Source of the DNA: a virus
Taxonomy: Duplodnaviria > Caudoviricetes
Direction: 5' to 3' (one strand)
DNA: 52,197 bases
IMG/VR virus record: IMGVR_UViG_3300032322_000313
Coordinates: 1-52,197 of that record
The notes under the pieces were generated by a model. It did not search any database. It saw only the letters and a list, made by a program, of their open reading frames with translations, and was not told where the DNA came from. Of the stretch, positions 7,397 to 16,951 are shown in pieces. Made by a program: the position numbers and the translations under genes. Within the stretch, counting starts at the first letter, position 1. Each line of letters opens with the position of its first letter.

Positions 7397-8251
7397 ATGG
7401 ATGAACATATCACAGTCATAGCGGAACGCGGAAGATTTGAGATGTGTCCGCATTGGTTATTGCTAGCGCCGAACGTGAGCGCGTTAGCGATACGCCTTTA
7501 CCTTGTATTGCGTAAACATGCAGACAGTAACGGCGAGTGTTACCCATCGCGGCAACGATTAGCCGCACAACTCGGAGTATCGCTACCTACGTTGGATAAG
7601 GCACGCCAGCAACTCGTAATGGTTGGTGCGATACGCATTGACCAACGCAAGTCAAGTAACGATTCTTGGTCTACTTGCGGGTACGTTGTGTATTGGGAAC
7701 AGCCAGAGGGTAGGCAAGAATCTTTACAACCCCTTGGTAAGAATCTTTCCAACCCTAGTAAAGAAAGTTGGGCTCTAACTAATACCCAACTAACTAATAC
7801 CCAAGAACTAAATACTCTTGATCAACCTAGTAACGGGTTGATCGCGCAATCGACTGGCACCGCGATAGAGCGGGTAACAGAACCTACCGTGGTGGATATA
7901 CCCAAACGTGGTCGAAAGACCGTGAGAGCGCCGTACAGCCCCGATTTCGAGGAGTTCTGGCGCATCTACCCACGGCGGGTCGGCAAGCGTGCGGCGTACG
8001 ACGCCTACCGCGAAGCCATATCCACAGTTTCACCAGCAGTCATCGCAACAGCGGCACAACGCTACGCAGACGACCCGAACCGCGACCCGCAATACACAGC
8101 GCACCCGACAACCTGGCTACGGCAGGAGCGTTGGCATGATGATCCGTTACCCGCGCGCAGCGAATCAAAGGTCGGTGGCGTTAAGCGAATGGACAACTAC
8201 GCACAAATCCACGCACGCATTACAGGCGCACGAAAGGGAATCGCACAATGA
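7397..8251 (+). CDS. replication initiator protein (N-terminal wHTH)
   Basis: LYLVLRKHAD...CYPSRQRLA, C-terminal FEEFWRIYPRRVGK...HPTTWLRQERW. Confidence 0.85.
   Translation: MDEHITVIAERGRFEMCPHWLLLAPNVSALAIRLYLVLRKHADSNGECYPSRQRLAAQLGVSLPTLDKARQQLVMVGAIRIDQRKSSNDSWSTCGYVVYWEQPEGRQESLQPLGKNLSNPSKESWALTNTQLTNTQELNTLDQPSNGLIAQSTGTAIERVTEPTVVDIPKRGRKTVRAPYSPDFEEFWRIYPRRVGKRAAYDAYREAISTVSPAVIATAAQRYADDPNRDPQYTAHPTTWLRQERWHDDPLPARSESKVGGVKRMDNYAQIHARITGARKGIAQ
7716..7816 (+). repeat. iteron-like repeats, probable replication origin inside the initiator gene
   Basis: aagaatcttt(a/c)caaccc twice (7716, 7739), ctaactaatacccaa tandem twice (7775-7804) plus a degenerate copy. AT-rich island. Confidence 0.7.
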
Positions 8252-8721
8252 CAGACGAAGAGATCCTAGGTTTGCTTATTTACGCAAACGAACTGGACGG
8301 CAGACATTCGCCAAACGAGGCGAAAGTTTACGCTTGGCAAGAGGTACTAGAGGCTGGCGCACCCGGCATGGCAGTCGAATTCGCCAAGGAACAAATCAAG
8401 AAACACTACGGCAACTACGAGGTAATGCTTTCACCGTCAATGCTGGTAACGGCTTACCGCAAATCGCGTCGCATCGCAGCAGAGGCGCGAATCGCACTAG
8501 AGCAGGACGGACCCGAGCGGCATTGTCAACGCACAGGCTGCCTATGCACCCATGCCGAACCCTGTTACAAGGGTTGGATCGACAGCGACTACGCAACGTC
8601 ACCGTGCCCGATATGCCGCAGCGACCTAGCGTTTGCGCTGGATAAGGTCGCCCCGGTAGGACAGAGATCCGAACATGACTTTAGCGTTATCCGTAATCGG
8701 CATTGGAATACCGATGAGTAG
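8248..8721 (+). CDS. replication-associated hypothetical protein
   Basis: Directly follows the initiator, C-terminal Cys cluster (CLCTH...CYKGW...CPIC). Confidence 0.7.
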   Translation: MTDEEILGLLIYANELDGRHSPNEAKVYAWQEVLEAGAPGMAVEFAKEQIKKHYGNYEVMLSPSMLVTAYRKSRRIAAEARIALEQDGPERHCQRTGCLCTHAEPCYKGWIDSDYATSPCPICRSDLAFALDKVAPVGQRSEHDFSVIRNRHWNTDE

Positions 8722-8832
8722 CCTCGCAAACATTGCTAGGTGTAACGGTTGCGGATCGTGGATACACACGCACCGAGGATGCGCGACTTGCCGCATCTTG
8801 ATACGCAACACTAAGTAATGTAACGTTAAGTC

Positions 8833-9246
8833 ATGGCTGGGTCACCCGTGATATACACCTTCAAGGTTCCGGGCACCCCGATCTCGCAAGGCAGTATGAG
8901 CGTCTTTCGCGGTCGCATAGTCCACCAGAAATCGAAAGAACTAACGGCGTGGCGTAACGCGATCAACGAGGTCTGTCGTGCCACCATGGAACCGTTAGAA
9001 GGACCCGTCACGGTCCACGTAACGTTCATGCTTCAGTCACCAAGAAGTGTGCAGAGAGCAGAACCGCATGTGCGACCAGACGTAGACAAACTAGCGCGCG
9101 CAGCGTTAGATGGTTTAACTGGCGCGGCATTTGCAGACGACGCGCAAGTGGTTCACCTAACAGCGGTAAAGAAGTACGGGGCACCGGGGGCGGTGTTCGT
9201 GATAGAGGGGAAGCGCGATGAAGGAATGTTTGATCGTCCTAGTTGA
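8833..9246 (+). CDS. rusA: RusA-like Holliday junction resolvase
   Basis: VPGTPISQGS, RPDVDKLARAALDGL, DDAQVV...KKY. Confidence 0.9.
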   Translation: MAGSPVIYTFKVPGTPISQGSMSVFRGRIVHQKSKELTAWRNAINEVCRATMEPLEGPVTVHVTFMLQSPRSVQRAEPHVRPDVDKLARAALDGLTGAAFADDAQVVHLTAVKKYGAPGAVFVIEGKRDEGMFDRPS

Positions 9247-9291
9247 CAGACTGGTGTTCGTTCCTCTCTTCTGGATCCTTGATAGGGGTAA

Positions 9292-9639
9292 GTGACGGTA
9301 ATGGATCCGGTACTGAGGGGCGCTGTATTCACACGCGACCGCCACTGCGTGAAGTGCGGGAAACCGCTACGGGAACCAGTCGCCGTGCATCACAGGAAAC
9401 TGCGAAAGCACGGAGGCAAAGACGAGATCACAAACCTCATCGCGTTATGTAGCCCGTGCCACAACATCGCTCCCGGCTCCGTACATCAAAACCCTCGCAT
9501 TAGTTACGAGAACGGTTGGCTAGTGCCGTCGTGGGCTGACCCGGCTGAATGGCCCGTTACCCTCGCTAACGGCACAAAAGTCTACCTAGACACGAATGGA
9601 ACATACAGAATCATGGAGGGTACAGATAATGGCTGGTGA
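9292..9639 (+). CDS. HNH endonuclease
   Basis: RDRHCVKCG...HHRKLR...GG...NLIALCSPCH. Confidence 0.9.
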   Translation: MTVMDPVLRGAVFTRDRHCVKCGKPLREPVAVHHRKLRKHGGKDEITNLIALCSPCHNIAPGSVHQNPRISYENGWLVPSWADPAEWPVTLANGTKVYLDTNGTYRIMEGTDNGW

Positions 9640-10027
9640 AGCCTCACTCTGGTTTATCGGATACGTTCAGAAAGACCCGGAAATCCGCATCATGCCCAAC
9701 GGTGATGCGGTGTGTAACTTGACCGTCAAGGTCACGCCACGCAAGAAGCGCAACGGCGAGTGGGGCAAGGGCGAACCATCGTGGTACCGCGTTGCTCTCT
9801 GGCGTCAAGCCGCCGAAGCCGCAGCAGAACACATCAAGGCTGACGACCGCGTACTGGTAGCCGGAACACTTGAAATGACCTCTTTCGAGAAAGATGGAGT
9901 CAAGCGATCCATCCCCGAGGTCACCGCAGAAGCAATCGGTGTCATTCCAAAGCCTCTCGGAAACCCCACAAGCAGCAAGACAACATCAACCAACAAGCCG
10001 CAGATTGACGAAGGGAATCCCTGGTAA
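9629..10027 (+). CDS. ssb: single-stranded DNA-binding protein
   Basis: DPEIR, WYRVALWRQAAE, acidic C-terminal ...DEGNPW. Confidence 0.9.
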   Translation: MAGEASLWFIGYVQKDPEIRIMPNGDAVCNLTVKVTPRKKRNGEWGKGEPSWYRVALWRQAAEAAAEHIKADDRVLVAGTLEMTSFEKDGVKRSIPEVTAEAIGVIPKPLGNPTSSKTTSTNKPQIDEGNPW

Positions 10028-10311
10028 TGAGCAGCATGAGCAACGACTTCCCCACCAACGCATTCGTTACGGTTGGCGCAGCCGGATCAGAGTTTCCTGC
10101 CGCACCGCAGGTGACCGTCAGCACGCAGGTCAGCGGTAGCACAGTCGATAGCCTGGAAGCCGCAGGGATTCTCGGGATCACAGCGAACAATCTCCGCCAG
10201 ATCGTCCACAAGAAGCAACTTGTTCCTGTCGGAAAGGCTGGACGCAGGACAATCTTCAACCGTGCAGACGTTGATGCGCTCGCAGCACGCCGAAAGGGAG
10301 GCGGCGCGTGA
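10027..10311 (+). CDS. HTH DNA-binding protein (HTH_17/MerR-like)
   Basis: EAAGILGITANNLRQIV...FNRADVDAL. Confidence 0.75.
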   Translation: MSSMSNDFPTNAFVTVGAAGSEFPAAPQVTVSTQVSGSTVDSLEAAGILGITANNLRQIVHKKQLVPVGKAGRRTIFNRADVDALAARRKGGGA

Positions 10312-10904
10312 AGATCGAAAGCGTTAGCCCAGATAGTTTGGAACTAGACGAGCGTAACGCGAGACTGCACGGCAAGCGCAACATGGCAGCGATCACCGAA
10401 TCCCTCGCCAAGTTTGGGCAGCGTAAGCCAATCGTCGTCTGGAACAACACCGTCATCGCTGGTAACGGAACATTGCAGGCTGCGCGCGAACTCGGCTGGA
10501 AGAACATCGACATTACCCGCGTACCCGATGACTGGACCGAGGACAAGGCACGCGCATACGCGCTCGCTGATAACCGCTCCGGTGACCTCGCGGACTGGGA
10601 CGATTCGATGCTCAACGAACTGCTCACAGAACTAGAGCAGTCCGGTTGGGATCGCATGGATCTCGGTTTCGAAGTGCCTGCCGCACCAGTCGATCCCTAC
10701 GCAGAGTGGGAGGACATGCCGGAGTACGAGAACACGAACATGATGCCAGCCGCTCGCGTCATCGTCTCCTTTCTCACGTTGGAAGATGCGGAGGACTTCT
10801 TCAAGATGCTTGACCGTCCTCGCGCCACTTCGATCTGGTGGCCACAGGAAGAGTTGGAGCAGCGAGCATTCACCAAGTCTCATGTGTTCGTTAACGAGTC
10901 ATGA
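10308..10904 (+). CDS. ParB/Srx N-terminal-domain protein
   Basis: NARLH...SLAKFGQRKPIVV...IAGNGTLQAA...ALADNR. Confidence 0.85.
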   Translation: MKIESVSPDSLELDERNARLHGKRNMAAITESLAKFGQRKPIVVWNNTVIAGNGTLQAARELGWKNIDITRVPDDWTEDKARAYALADNRSGDLADWDDSMLNELLTELEQSGWDRMDLGFEVPAAPVDPYAEWEDMPEYENTNMMPAARVIVSFLTLEDAEDFFKMLDRPRATSIWWPQEELEQRAFTKSHVFVNES

Positions 10905-11836
10905 TCCCGCGTTTCCCGATCTACATACCATCGAAGGGCCGCGCTCAGACGGCGTTAACGCCACGCGCATTCGACAAGATGGGCGTCCCGTACTATCTGG
11001 TTGTCGAAGATCAAGAGTACGACGAGTACGCTGCGGCAAAGTTCGCTAACGCAACCATTCTCGTACTAGATAGACAGTTCCAGAAGGACTACGACCCATG
11101 CGATGAGTTTGGGGATACGAAACCGCCCGGTGCTGGTCCCGCCCGTAACTTCGGGTGGGAACACAGCATCGCTAACGGATTCGATTGGCATTGGTGCATC
11201 GACGACAACATCAGGCACTTCAGCCGATTCCACAAGAACACTCGCGTACTCGTAGGCGACGGCACCATCTTTCATGCCATGGAAACCTTCTGCATGCGTT
11301 ACACAAACGTTGGTATGGCTGGCCCACACTACGAGTTCTTCATCGTATCCCGCAGCAAGCATCCGCCGTTCATCGTCGGGTCGCGTATTTACTCATGCAA
11401 CCTAATCCGCAACGAGGTTCCGTACCGCTGGCGTGGTCGCATGAACGAGGACACCATCCTCTCGCTGGATATGTTGAAGGGCGGTTGGCAGACGATCCTC
11501 TTTAACACTTTCCTGGCTCACAAGATGCGTACCCAAACAATGACAGGAGGGTACACAAGCGAGTTCTATGCAAAGGAAGGCACGAAGGGTAAATCAGAGA
11601 TCCTTGTGCGCCTGCACCCTGACGTAGCGCGACACATGATCCGTTACGGTCGTGAGCATCACTACGTTGACTACAGCCAATTCGCAAACATGCCACTCAT
11701 CAAGCGCCCCGACTACGACCCGAGCAAGGAACCGAAATACAACATGGCGCTGAAAGAGACTGGCAAGGAGCGAAAGCGTGATGCACCGATTCCCGAGTGG
11801 ATGGAGGAGGAACTGCGTAAATCATCCAACAAATAA
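10901..11836 (+). CDS. TAGT/GREB1-like glycosyltransferase (putative DNA base glycosylation)
   Basis: PIYIPSKGRA, GPARN, DDNI, RIYSCNLIRN, WRGRMNEDT, TQTMTGG. Confidence 0.75.
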   Translation: MIPRFPIYIPSKGRAQTALTPRAFDKMGVPYYLVVEDQEYDEYAAAKFANATILVLDRQFQKDYDPCDEFGDTKPPGAGPARNFGWEHSIANGFDWHWCIDDNIRHFSRFHKNTRVLVGDGTIFHAMETFCMRYTNVGMAGPHYEFFIVSRSKHPPFIVGSRIYSCNLIRNEVPYRWRGRMNEDTILSLDMLKGGWQTILFNTFLAHKMRTQTMTGGYTSEFYAKEGTKGKSEILVRLHPDVARHMIRYGREHHYVDYSQFANMPLIKRPDYDPSKEPKYNMALKETGKERKRDAPIPEWMEEELRKSSNK

Positions 11837-11861
11837 CGCATGTAACAGATTGGATTGAATA

Positions 11862-12347
11862 ATGAGGAAACGCATTCTTGTCATCGCTTTCACACTCGGA
11901 TTCGTATTTGGCTTCGCGGTCATCGCACCAAACGTTGCCAACGCAGGGGAATGCAGGACCGTCAAGATCCTAAAGGCGGCAGGTTTCACGGGAAACAATC
12001 TCCGCACCGCATACGGCATTGTGATGCGGGAAAGCAAGGGCCAGAACCTTTCAGAAAGCAGTCCATGGTATTCAGGTGCTTTGGGTATCTGGCAGGTACA
12101 AACTTCCGCACACTCACACAACAGATGGTGGTCGCGTGCCGCCATGCTGAATCCGCTACGTCAAAGCCAAATCGTCTACCGTTACATGAGTAATAAGGGG
12201 ACTTACTGGCGACCCTGGGGGCTGACGCCTAATGGTTTGGGACTTGATACTTCGCATTACGGATCGTGGTCTGAGTGGCAAGTCCAGAACTGGATCTGGG
12301 CACCGTACTGGCGCTATCGAAATGCCTTCCCGCGAAACTGTGGCTAG
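11862..12347 (+). CDS. secreted lytic transglycosylase / lysozyme-like protein
   Basis: Signal peptide, IVMRES (catalytic Glu), GIWQV, WRPW. Confidence 0.7.
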   Translation: MRKRILVIAFTLGFVFGFAVIAPNVANAGECRTVKILKAAGFTGNNLRTAYGIVMRESKGQNLSESSPWYSGALGIWQVQTSAHSHNRWWSRAAMLNPLRQSQIVYRYMSNKGTYWRPWGLTPNGLGLDTSHYGSWSEWQVQNWIWAPYWRYRNAFPRNCG

Positions 12348-12543
12348 CAACGGCAACCCATCGCAGTACGACATTGTTCGCATGACAGCATACGCGGCAG
12401 GGCAACGAGAAACACATGAGCAGTTACTAGCAGAACTAACGGAACATGCGTTAAACTCGCCGATAACGGAACAAGTTGGTTCCTACGAGATAGCGGATTA
12501 CCTATGGCCCCTGATCATGCAGTGGAAGGAATATCGGTACTGA
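12340..12543 (+). CDS. hypothetical protein
   Basis: GTG start overlapping the upstream gene. Confidence 0.5.
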   Translation: MASNGNPSQYDIVRMTAYAAGQRETHEQLLAELTEHALNSPITEQVGSYEIADYLWPLIMQWKEYRY

Positions 12544-12687
12544 ACCGATGCTGCGATCCGGGCTGCGGTAACACAGTCAATGACACCAGCGTTACAGCAA
12601 TACGCATGACAACAGGCGCAGGCGAAATCCTAGATTTCTGCAATCGAACATGCGTACAAGAGTTCATGCGTAAAGAAAGAGGGAACC

Positions 12688-12924
12688 GTGTCTCCTGACC
12701 AAGAAATCTACAACCTAGTCGATGAGGCATACCAACGCGGCGCGATAGAAGGCTACCGCAAGGGACGCGAGGATGCCGCTAACGCAATCCATGACCTAGC
12801 CATGCGCGAAGAGTCACGCTACGTTCGCACAGATTGGCTAACGTACGTTGACGGGCAGCGTGAGCGCCCCGACCGCTGGATCTCAGCAACCTACGCGCTA
12901 TCCGTCGCGCGCGGCGACCTATAA
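12688..12924 (+). CDS. hypothetical protein
   Basis: GAAAGAGGG RBS, AYQRG...GREDAA pattern. Confidence 0.6.
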   Translation: MSPDQEIYNLVDEAYQRGAIEGYRKGREDAANAIHDLAMREESRYVRTDWLTYVDGQRERPDRWISATYALSVARGDL

Positions 12925-12970
12925 GAAACCGCGTTATGCTCAGACCGTCCACACGCAAGTAAGGAGTGTC

Positions 12971-13456
12971 ATGCCCGAGAAGCGATCATCGTTGCTTCTA
13001 ACAGATGAAATGCACGACAGAATCGTCCAAACCCTACGTCTCGGAAACTACGTCGAACATGCGGCGTCCTACGCGGGGATCTCACGGGCCACTCTCTACA
13101 ACTGGCTTAAGAAGGGCGACGCCGCACGCGCGAAGGCCGAGGCAGGCGAGCCACTAGACGACAACGAGCAGCGTTACGCTCGGTTTAGTGAGGACGTTGA
13201 TACGGCACGCGCAGCAGCAATCGTTCGCAACGTGGGAATCATTCAGCAGGCAGCCCAAACAAACTGGCAAGCCGCAGGATGGTTCCTAGAGCGCACCGCC
13301 CCGCAGCACTTCAGCCGCCAAATCCGCACCGAAGTATCCGGCCCCGACCGTGGACCCGTACAGGTGCAGGTAACCCGTGACGAGTTGATCGACGAGATCA
13401 GCAGGCTACTAGAGGTCGTCACCGATAACGGTACGGATGATGAGGATGACTCCTGA
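12971..13456 (+). CDS. terS: terminase small subunit
   Basis: AAGGAG RBS, HTH AASYAGISRATLYNWL, WQAAGWFLER, immediately upstream of TerL. Confidence 0.8.
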   Translation: MPEKRSSLLLTDEMHDRIVQTLRLGNYVEHAASYAGISRATLYNWLKKGDAARAKAEAGEPLDDNEQRYARFSEDVDTARAAAIVRNVGIIQQAAQTNWQAAGWFLERTAPQHFSRQIRTEVSGPDRGPVQVQVTRDELIDEISRLLEVVTDNGTDDEDDS

Positions 13457-14996
13457 GCAACTGCTAAGGAACGCTACGCGCCACAAGCGCGAAGCCCTGC
13501 TCGGGCAAATGAGCGAAGCATCACTCATCGCGCTCGCGAACGATCTGCGTCAGGGCGTAGATCCACGCTGGGCGCGTTACCGAAACGACCCCGTTGGATT
13601 CGTAACGGACGGTCTGGGCGAATCCGTATGGAGCAAGCAGGTAGAAATCCTCAACTCCGTACGCGATAACAAGCGCACCGCCGTTCCCGCGTGCCACGCA
13701 CCCGGAAAGTCGCACATCGCCGCACGCGCAATCGCCTGGTGGTGCACCGTACACCCCGCCGAGAAGGTCCGTGTCGTCACGACAGCGACCACATTCCGAC
13801 AGGTCAGAGGAATCCTATGGCCTCACATTCGACGGCTTCATACTGCTCACAATCTGCCCGGCGAAGTCCTCACAACCGAATGGAAGATCAACGACACACT
13901 CGTCGCGGACGGGTTCAGCCCTGCCGACCATAACGAGACAGCGGTGCAGGGTATCCACGCAGAGCATTTGTTGATTGTCGTGGATGAGGCAGGTGGCATC
14001 AGCCCCATTATCGGTAACGCAATCGAAGCCCTCATGACAGGTGGGCACACACGCTTGCTACTGCTCGGTAACCCACCCACAGATAACGTCGGATCATGGT
14101 TTGAACGCGCCTGTAACAGCGACCTTTACAACGTTATCCCTATCGACGCATTCTCCACCCCAAACTTCACCGGAGAACCAGTAGGAGATTGGGCGCGAAA
14201 CCTCGTAGACCAAACATGGGTCAATGATGTTACCCGCGAGTTCGGTGAGGACTCCGCATTCGTACAAGCCCGTGTGTACGCACGCTTCCCACGCACAACA
14301 ACAAACGTAACGCTACCGATTGACTGGCTGGAATCCGCAGTCGTACCAGAACCAACCGAAATCGGTCCCATACGGCTAGGCGTGGACGTTGCCGCAGACG
14401 GCGGTGACGAATTCGTGATTGCACGGGCCGAAGGAATGTGCACACGACTCGTACATACGTCCAGCCACAACGACAATGCGGTAACGGTAGCGGGACTTGT
14501 CCTCACAGAGATTCACAAGGCGCAGGAATACCACGCACTTCATAACATTAACCAGCGTGTCAGGGTCAAGATCGACAGCATCGGTGTTGGTTGGGGTGTT
14601 GCTGGACTCCTAAGCGAATGGGGCAAAGAATCCAGGCATGACGCGGAAATCGTCGCCGTTAACGTAGCCGAACGTGCGTACGACAACAACAAGTTCGCTA
14701 ACCAGCGAGCCGAAATGTGGTGGAACATGCGCACCCTCATCCAACCGGACGAGGAAGGCCGACAGGAACTATCCCTATGCGTGGGCAAGAAAGAGATCGC
14801 ACAACTCACAGCACCGACATATCGCCCAAACAGCAGCGGTCGCATCCAAATCGAATCGAAAGCAGATATGAAACGCCGTGGCATTAGCAGTCCCGACCGT
14901 GCGGAAGCGATACTGTTGGCGTTATTCGAACCGCCTAGCAAGGAACCGATGCTCGCGCCCCCGCTGAGCATTACTCAGACGAGTGGATGGATCTAA
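13437..14996 (+). CDS. terL: terminase large subunit
   Basis: Walker A variant HAPGKS, Walker B IVVDEA, LLGNP, nuclease GVDVAADGGD and SPDRAEA. Confidence 0.92.
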   Translation: MMRMTPEQLLRNATRHKREALLGQMSEASLIALANDLRQGVDPRWARYRNDPVGFVTDGLGESVWSKQVEILNSVRDNKRTAVPACHAPGKSHIAARAIAWWCTVHPAEKVRVVTTATTFRQVRGILWPHIRRLHTAHNLPGEVLTTEWKINDTLVADGFSPADHNETAVQGIHAEHLLIVVDEAGGISPIIGNAIEALMTGGHTRLLLLGNPPTDNVGSWFERACNSDLYNVIPIDAFSTPNFTGEPVGDWARNLVDQTWVNDVTREFGEDSAFVQARVYARFPRTTTNVTLPIDWLESAVVPEPTEIGPIRLGVDVAADGGDEFVIARAEGMCTRLVHTSSHNDNAVTVAGLVLTEIHKAQEYHALHNINQRVRVKIDSIGVGWGVAGLLSEWGKESRHDAEIVAVNVAERAYDNNKFANQRAEMWWNMRTLIQPDEEGRQELSLCVGKKEIAQLTAPTYRPNSSGRIQIESKADMKRRGISSPDRAEAILLALFEPPSKEPMLAPPLSITQTSGWI

Positions 14997-16012
14997 CCGT
15001 GACCAAACGTGTCCTCCTCACAGGAGCAAGCGGCTTCGTTGGCTCCCACGTTCTCCGCCACCTACTCACCACGACAGACTACGAGGTAGTCTGCCTCGTG
15101 AGTTTCCGCCACCGTGGTCTGACGGACCGGATTCGGCTGGCGGTCGGTGGCGTGGATGAGTCCTACACGCGGACGCGTGTTATTACTCACGACTTGGTTG
15201 CTCCCGTATCCCCTGTCCTGGCATCGGAGATAGGCGATATCGACTACATCCTTAATGTGGCATCTGAGTCGCACGTAGATCGAAGTATCTTGGAACCGGG
15301 GCCATTCATTATGAATAACGTGGCTCTGATGACGAACATGCTGGACTACGCCAGGGCTTACCCGGTGGAGCGGTTCCTGCATGTATCCACGGATGAGGTT
15401 TATGGGCCTGCGATGCCTAACCAGGCGCACCGGGAATGGCAGGATCAATACTTCCCGTCAAATCCGTACAGCGCGTCGAAGGCTGCACAGGAATCCATCG
15501 CGTTCTCGTACTGGCGAACCTATGACATTCCCGTCATCGTCACTAACACAATGAACATCATTGGCGAATCGCAGGACCCTGAGAAGTTCGTGCCTATGGT
15601 GATCAAGCGTGTCCTTGCCGGGCAGGTTGTTCCCATTCACGCATCCCCCGGTGGCGTTATCGGATCACGGTTCTACCTTCACGCACGCAACCAGGCTGAT
15701 GCGCTCTTGTTCGCTATTGCACAGGACGCCCCGTTGTATCGGGATCGCTCGTTCCCTGCCAAGTGGCATGTTGTTGGGGAGCGCGAGGTCGATAACCTTG
15801 AAATGGCTGAAATGATTGCCGGGTACATCGGTAAGCCGCTGCGTTATGAACTCATTGACTTCCATTCCTCCCGTCCAGGCCATGACCTGCGTTACGCACT
15901 TGATGGGGGAAAGATCGCGGATGCCGGATGGAAGGCCCCGCTCTCCTTGGAGGAATCCTTGGAGCGCACTATCAAATGGACGCTAGACCACCCCGAGTGG
16001 CTAGCACTTTAG
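14987..16012 (+). CDS. rmlB: dTDP-glucose 4,6-dehydratase-like NDP-sugar dehydratase
   Basis: TGASGFVG, ASESHVDRSI, VSTDEVYG, YSASK, RPGHDLRY. Confidence 0.88.
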   Translation: MDLTVTKRVLLTGASGFVGSHVLRHLLTTTDYEVVCLVSFRHRGLTDRIRLAVGGVDESYTRTRVITHDLVAPVSPVLASEIGDIDYILNVASESHVDRSILEPGPFIMNNVALMTNMLDYARAYPVERFLHVSTDEVYGPAMPNQAHREWQDQYFPSNPYSASKAAQESIAFSYWRTYDIPVIVTNTMNIIGESQDPEKFVPMVIKRVLAGQVVPIHASPGGVIGSRFYLHARNQADALLFAIAQDAPLYRDRSFPAKWHVVGEREVDNLEMAEMIAGYIGKPLRYELIDFHSSRPGHDLRYALDGGKIADAGWKAPLSLEESLERTIKWTLDHPEWLAL

Positions 16013-16025
16013 AACGGAGAGGGTA

Positions 16026-16406
16026 ATGAGCAAGATCATTCTCGCGGTCGCTGCGGCCCTAGCAGTCGCCGGGTGCGCGTCACCACAGGCAGCACCGGAA
16101 GCGACCGTCACGGTCACCCAGAAAGCCCCAGAGCCGCGCTCTAAGCCAACCGAGGCAGCCCCGATGCAGGGCGATGACGAAACCTACCTGTCGTTTCTGC
16201 GGTCAAAGGGAATCTACGCCAGCGCAGAGACAAGCATCGAAGTTGGCAAGACAGTCTGTAACACACTCGATGACGGATACGACGTAACGCTTATCATGGC
16301 GTTGGCTATCGACGCCGGATTCACGACCGATGAGGCTGCCGCAATCATCGCTGCCGCTATCGTCACCTACTGCCCTTGGAATGAGTCCAAAGTTTCCGGC
16401 TACTAG
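16026..16406 (+). CDS. lipoprotein, DUF732-like
   Basis: Lipobox VAGC, DETYLSFL...GKTVC...AAIVTYCP. Confidence 0.75.
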   Translation: MSKIILAVAAALAVAGCASPQAAPEATVTVTQKAPEPRSKPTEAAPMQGDDETYLSFLRSKGIYASAETSIEVGKTVCNTLDDGYDVTLIMALAIDAGFTTDEAAAIIAAAIVTYCPWNESKVSGY

Positions 16407-16942
16407 TCAGTAGGGTCAACCGGGTCGATCAGTCGATACACGGCGGGATCGTTCTCCGACCAACCCAGATTCATGTGGCATACGGTGCCCTGGTTCGATA
16501 CGTTCACGAACCTCATGGCATAGGTGGTGTTGTCCTTCAGGGTATGGATCTTGCGTGACGATATTTCGCCACCAGTCTTTGATGTTGTGCCAACCAACTC
16601 TGAGGCGATAATGGTTCCGCCTGTTACAGCGCTCGCTGCAGATAGGGAAGCGCTCGCGTTATCGGGAAACTTGCGATTCAGATTTCGTGGCGTAATGTAG
16701 TTGAACGGCGTGATGGTCGCAGGACTTTCGATAAGGGACGCGCGAACCTCAGACTGATCGCTGCTGATGTCGTAGAACTGAAACTCAATCTCTTTCCCGT
16801 TTGTGGCTAACCCGAAATACACGGAGGCACCAGCGGTGACGGTGAAGAACTCGGACATCAGATAGACGAGTCCACGCTTCGCGAGCCCGTCAGGATCGGT
16901 TGCTGATTCCTGATAGACACGCTTCCGCCAATAGTTCGCCAC
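16403..16942 (-). CDS. hypothetical protein
   Basis: Last ORF of the minus-strand operon, convergent with the lipoprotein. Confidence 0.65.
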   Translation of the reverse strand: MANYWRKRVYQESATDPDGLAKRGLVYLMSEFFTVTAGASVYFGLATNGKEIEFQFYDISSDQSEVRASLIESPATITPFNYITPRNLNRKFPDNASASLSAASAVTGGTIIASELVGTTSKTGGEISSRKIHTLKDNTTYAMRFVNVSNQGTVCHMNLGWSENDPAVYRLIDPVDPTD

Positions 16943-16951
16943 GTTCCTAGT

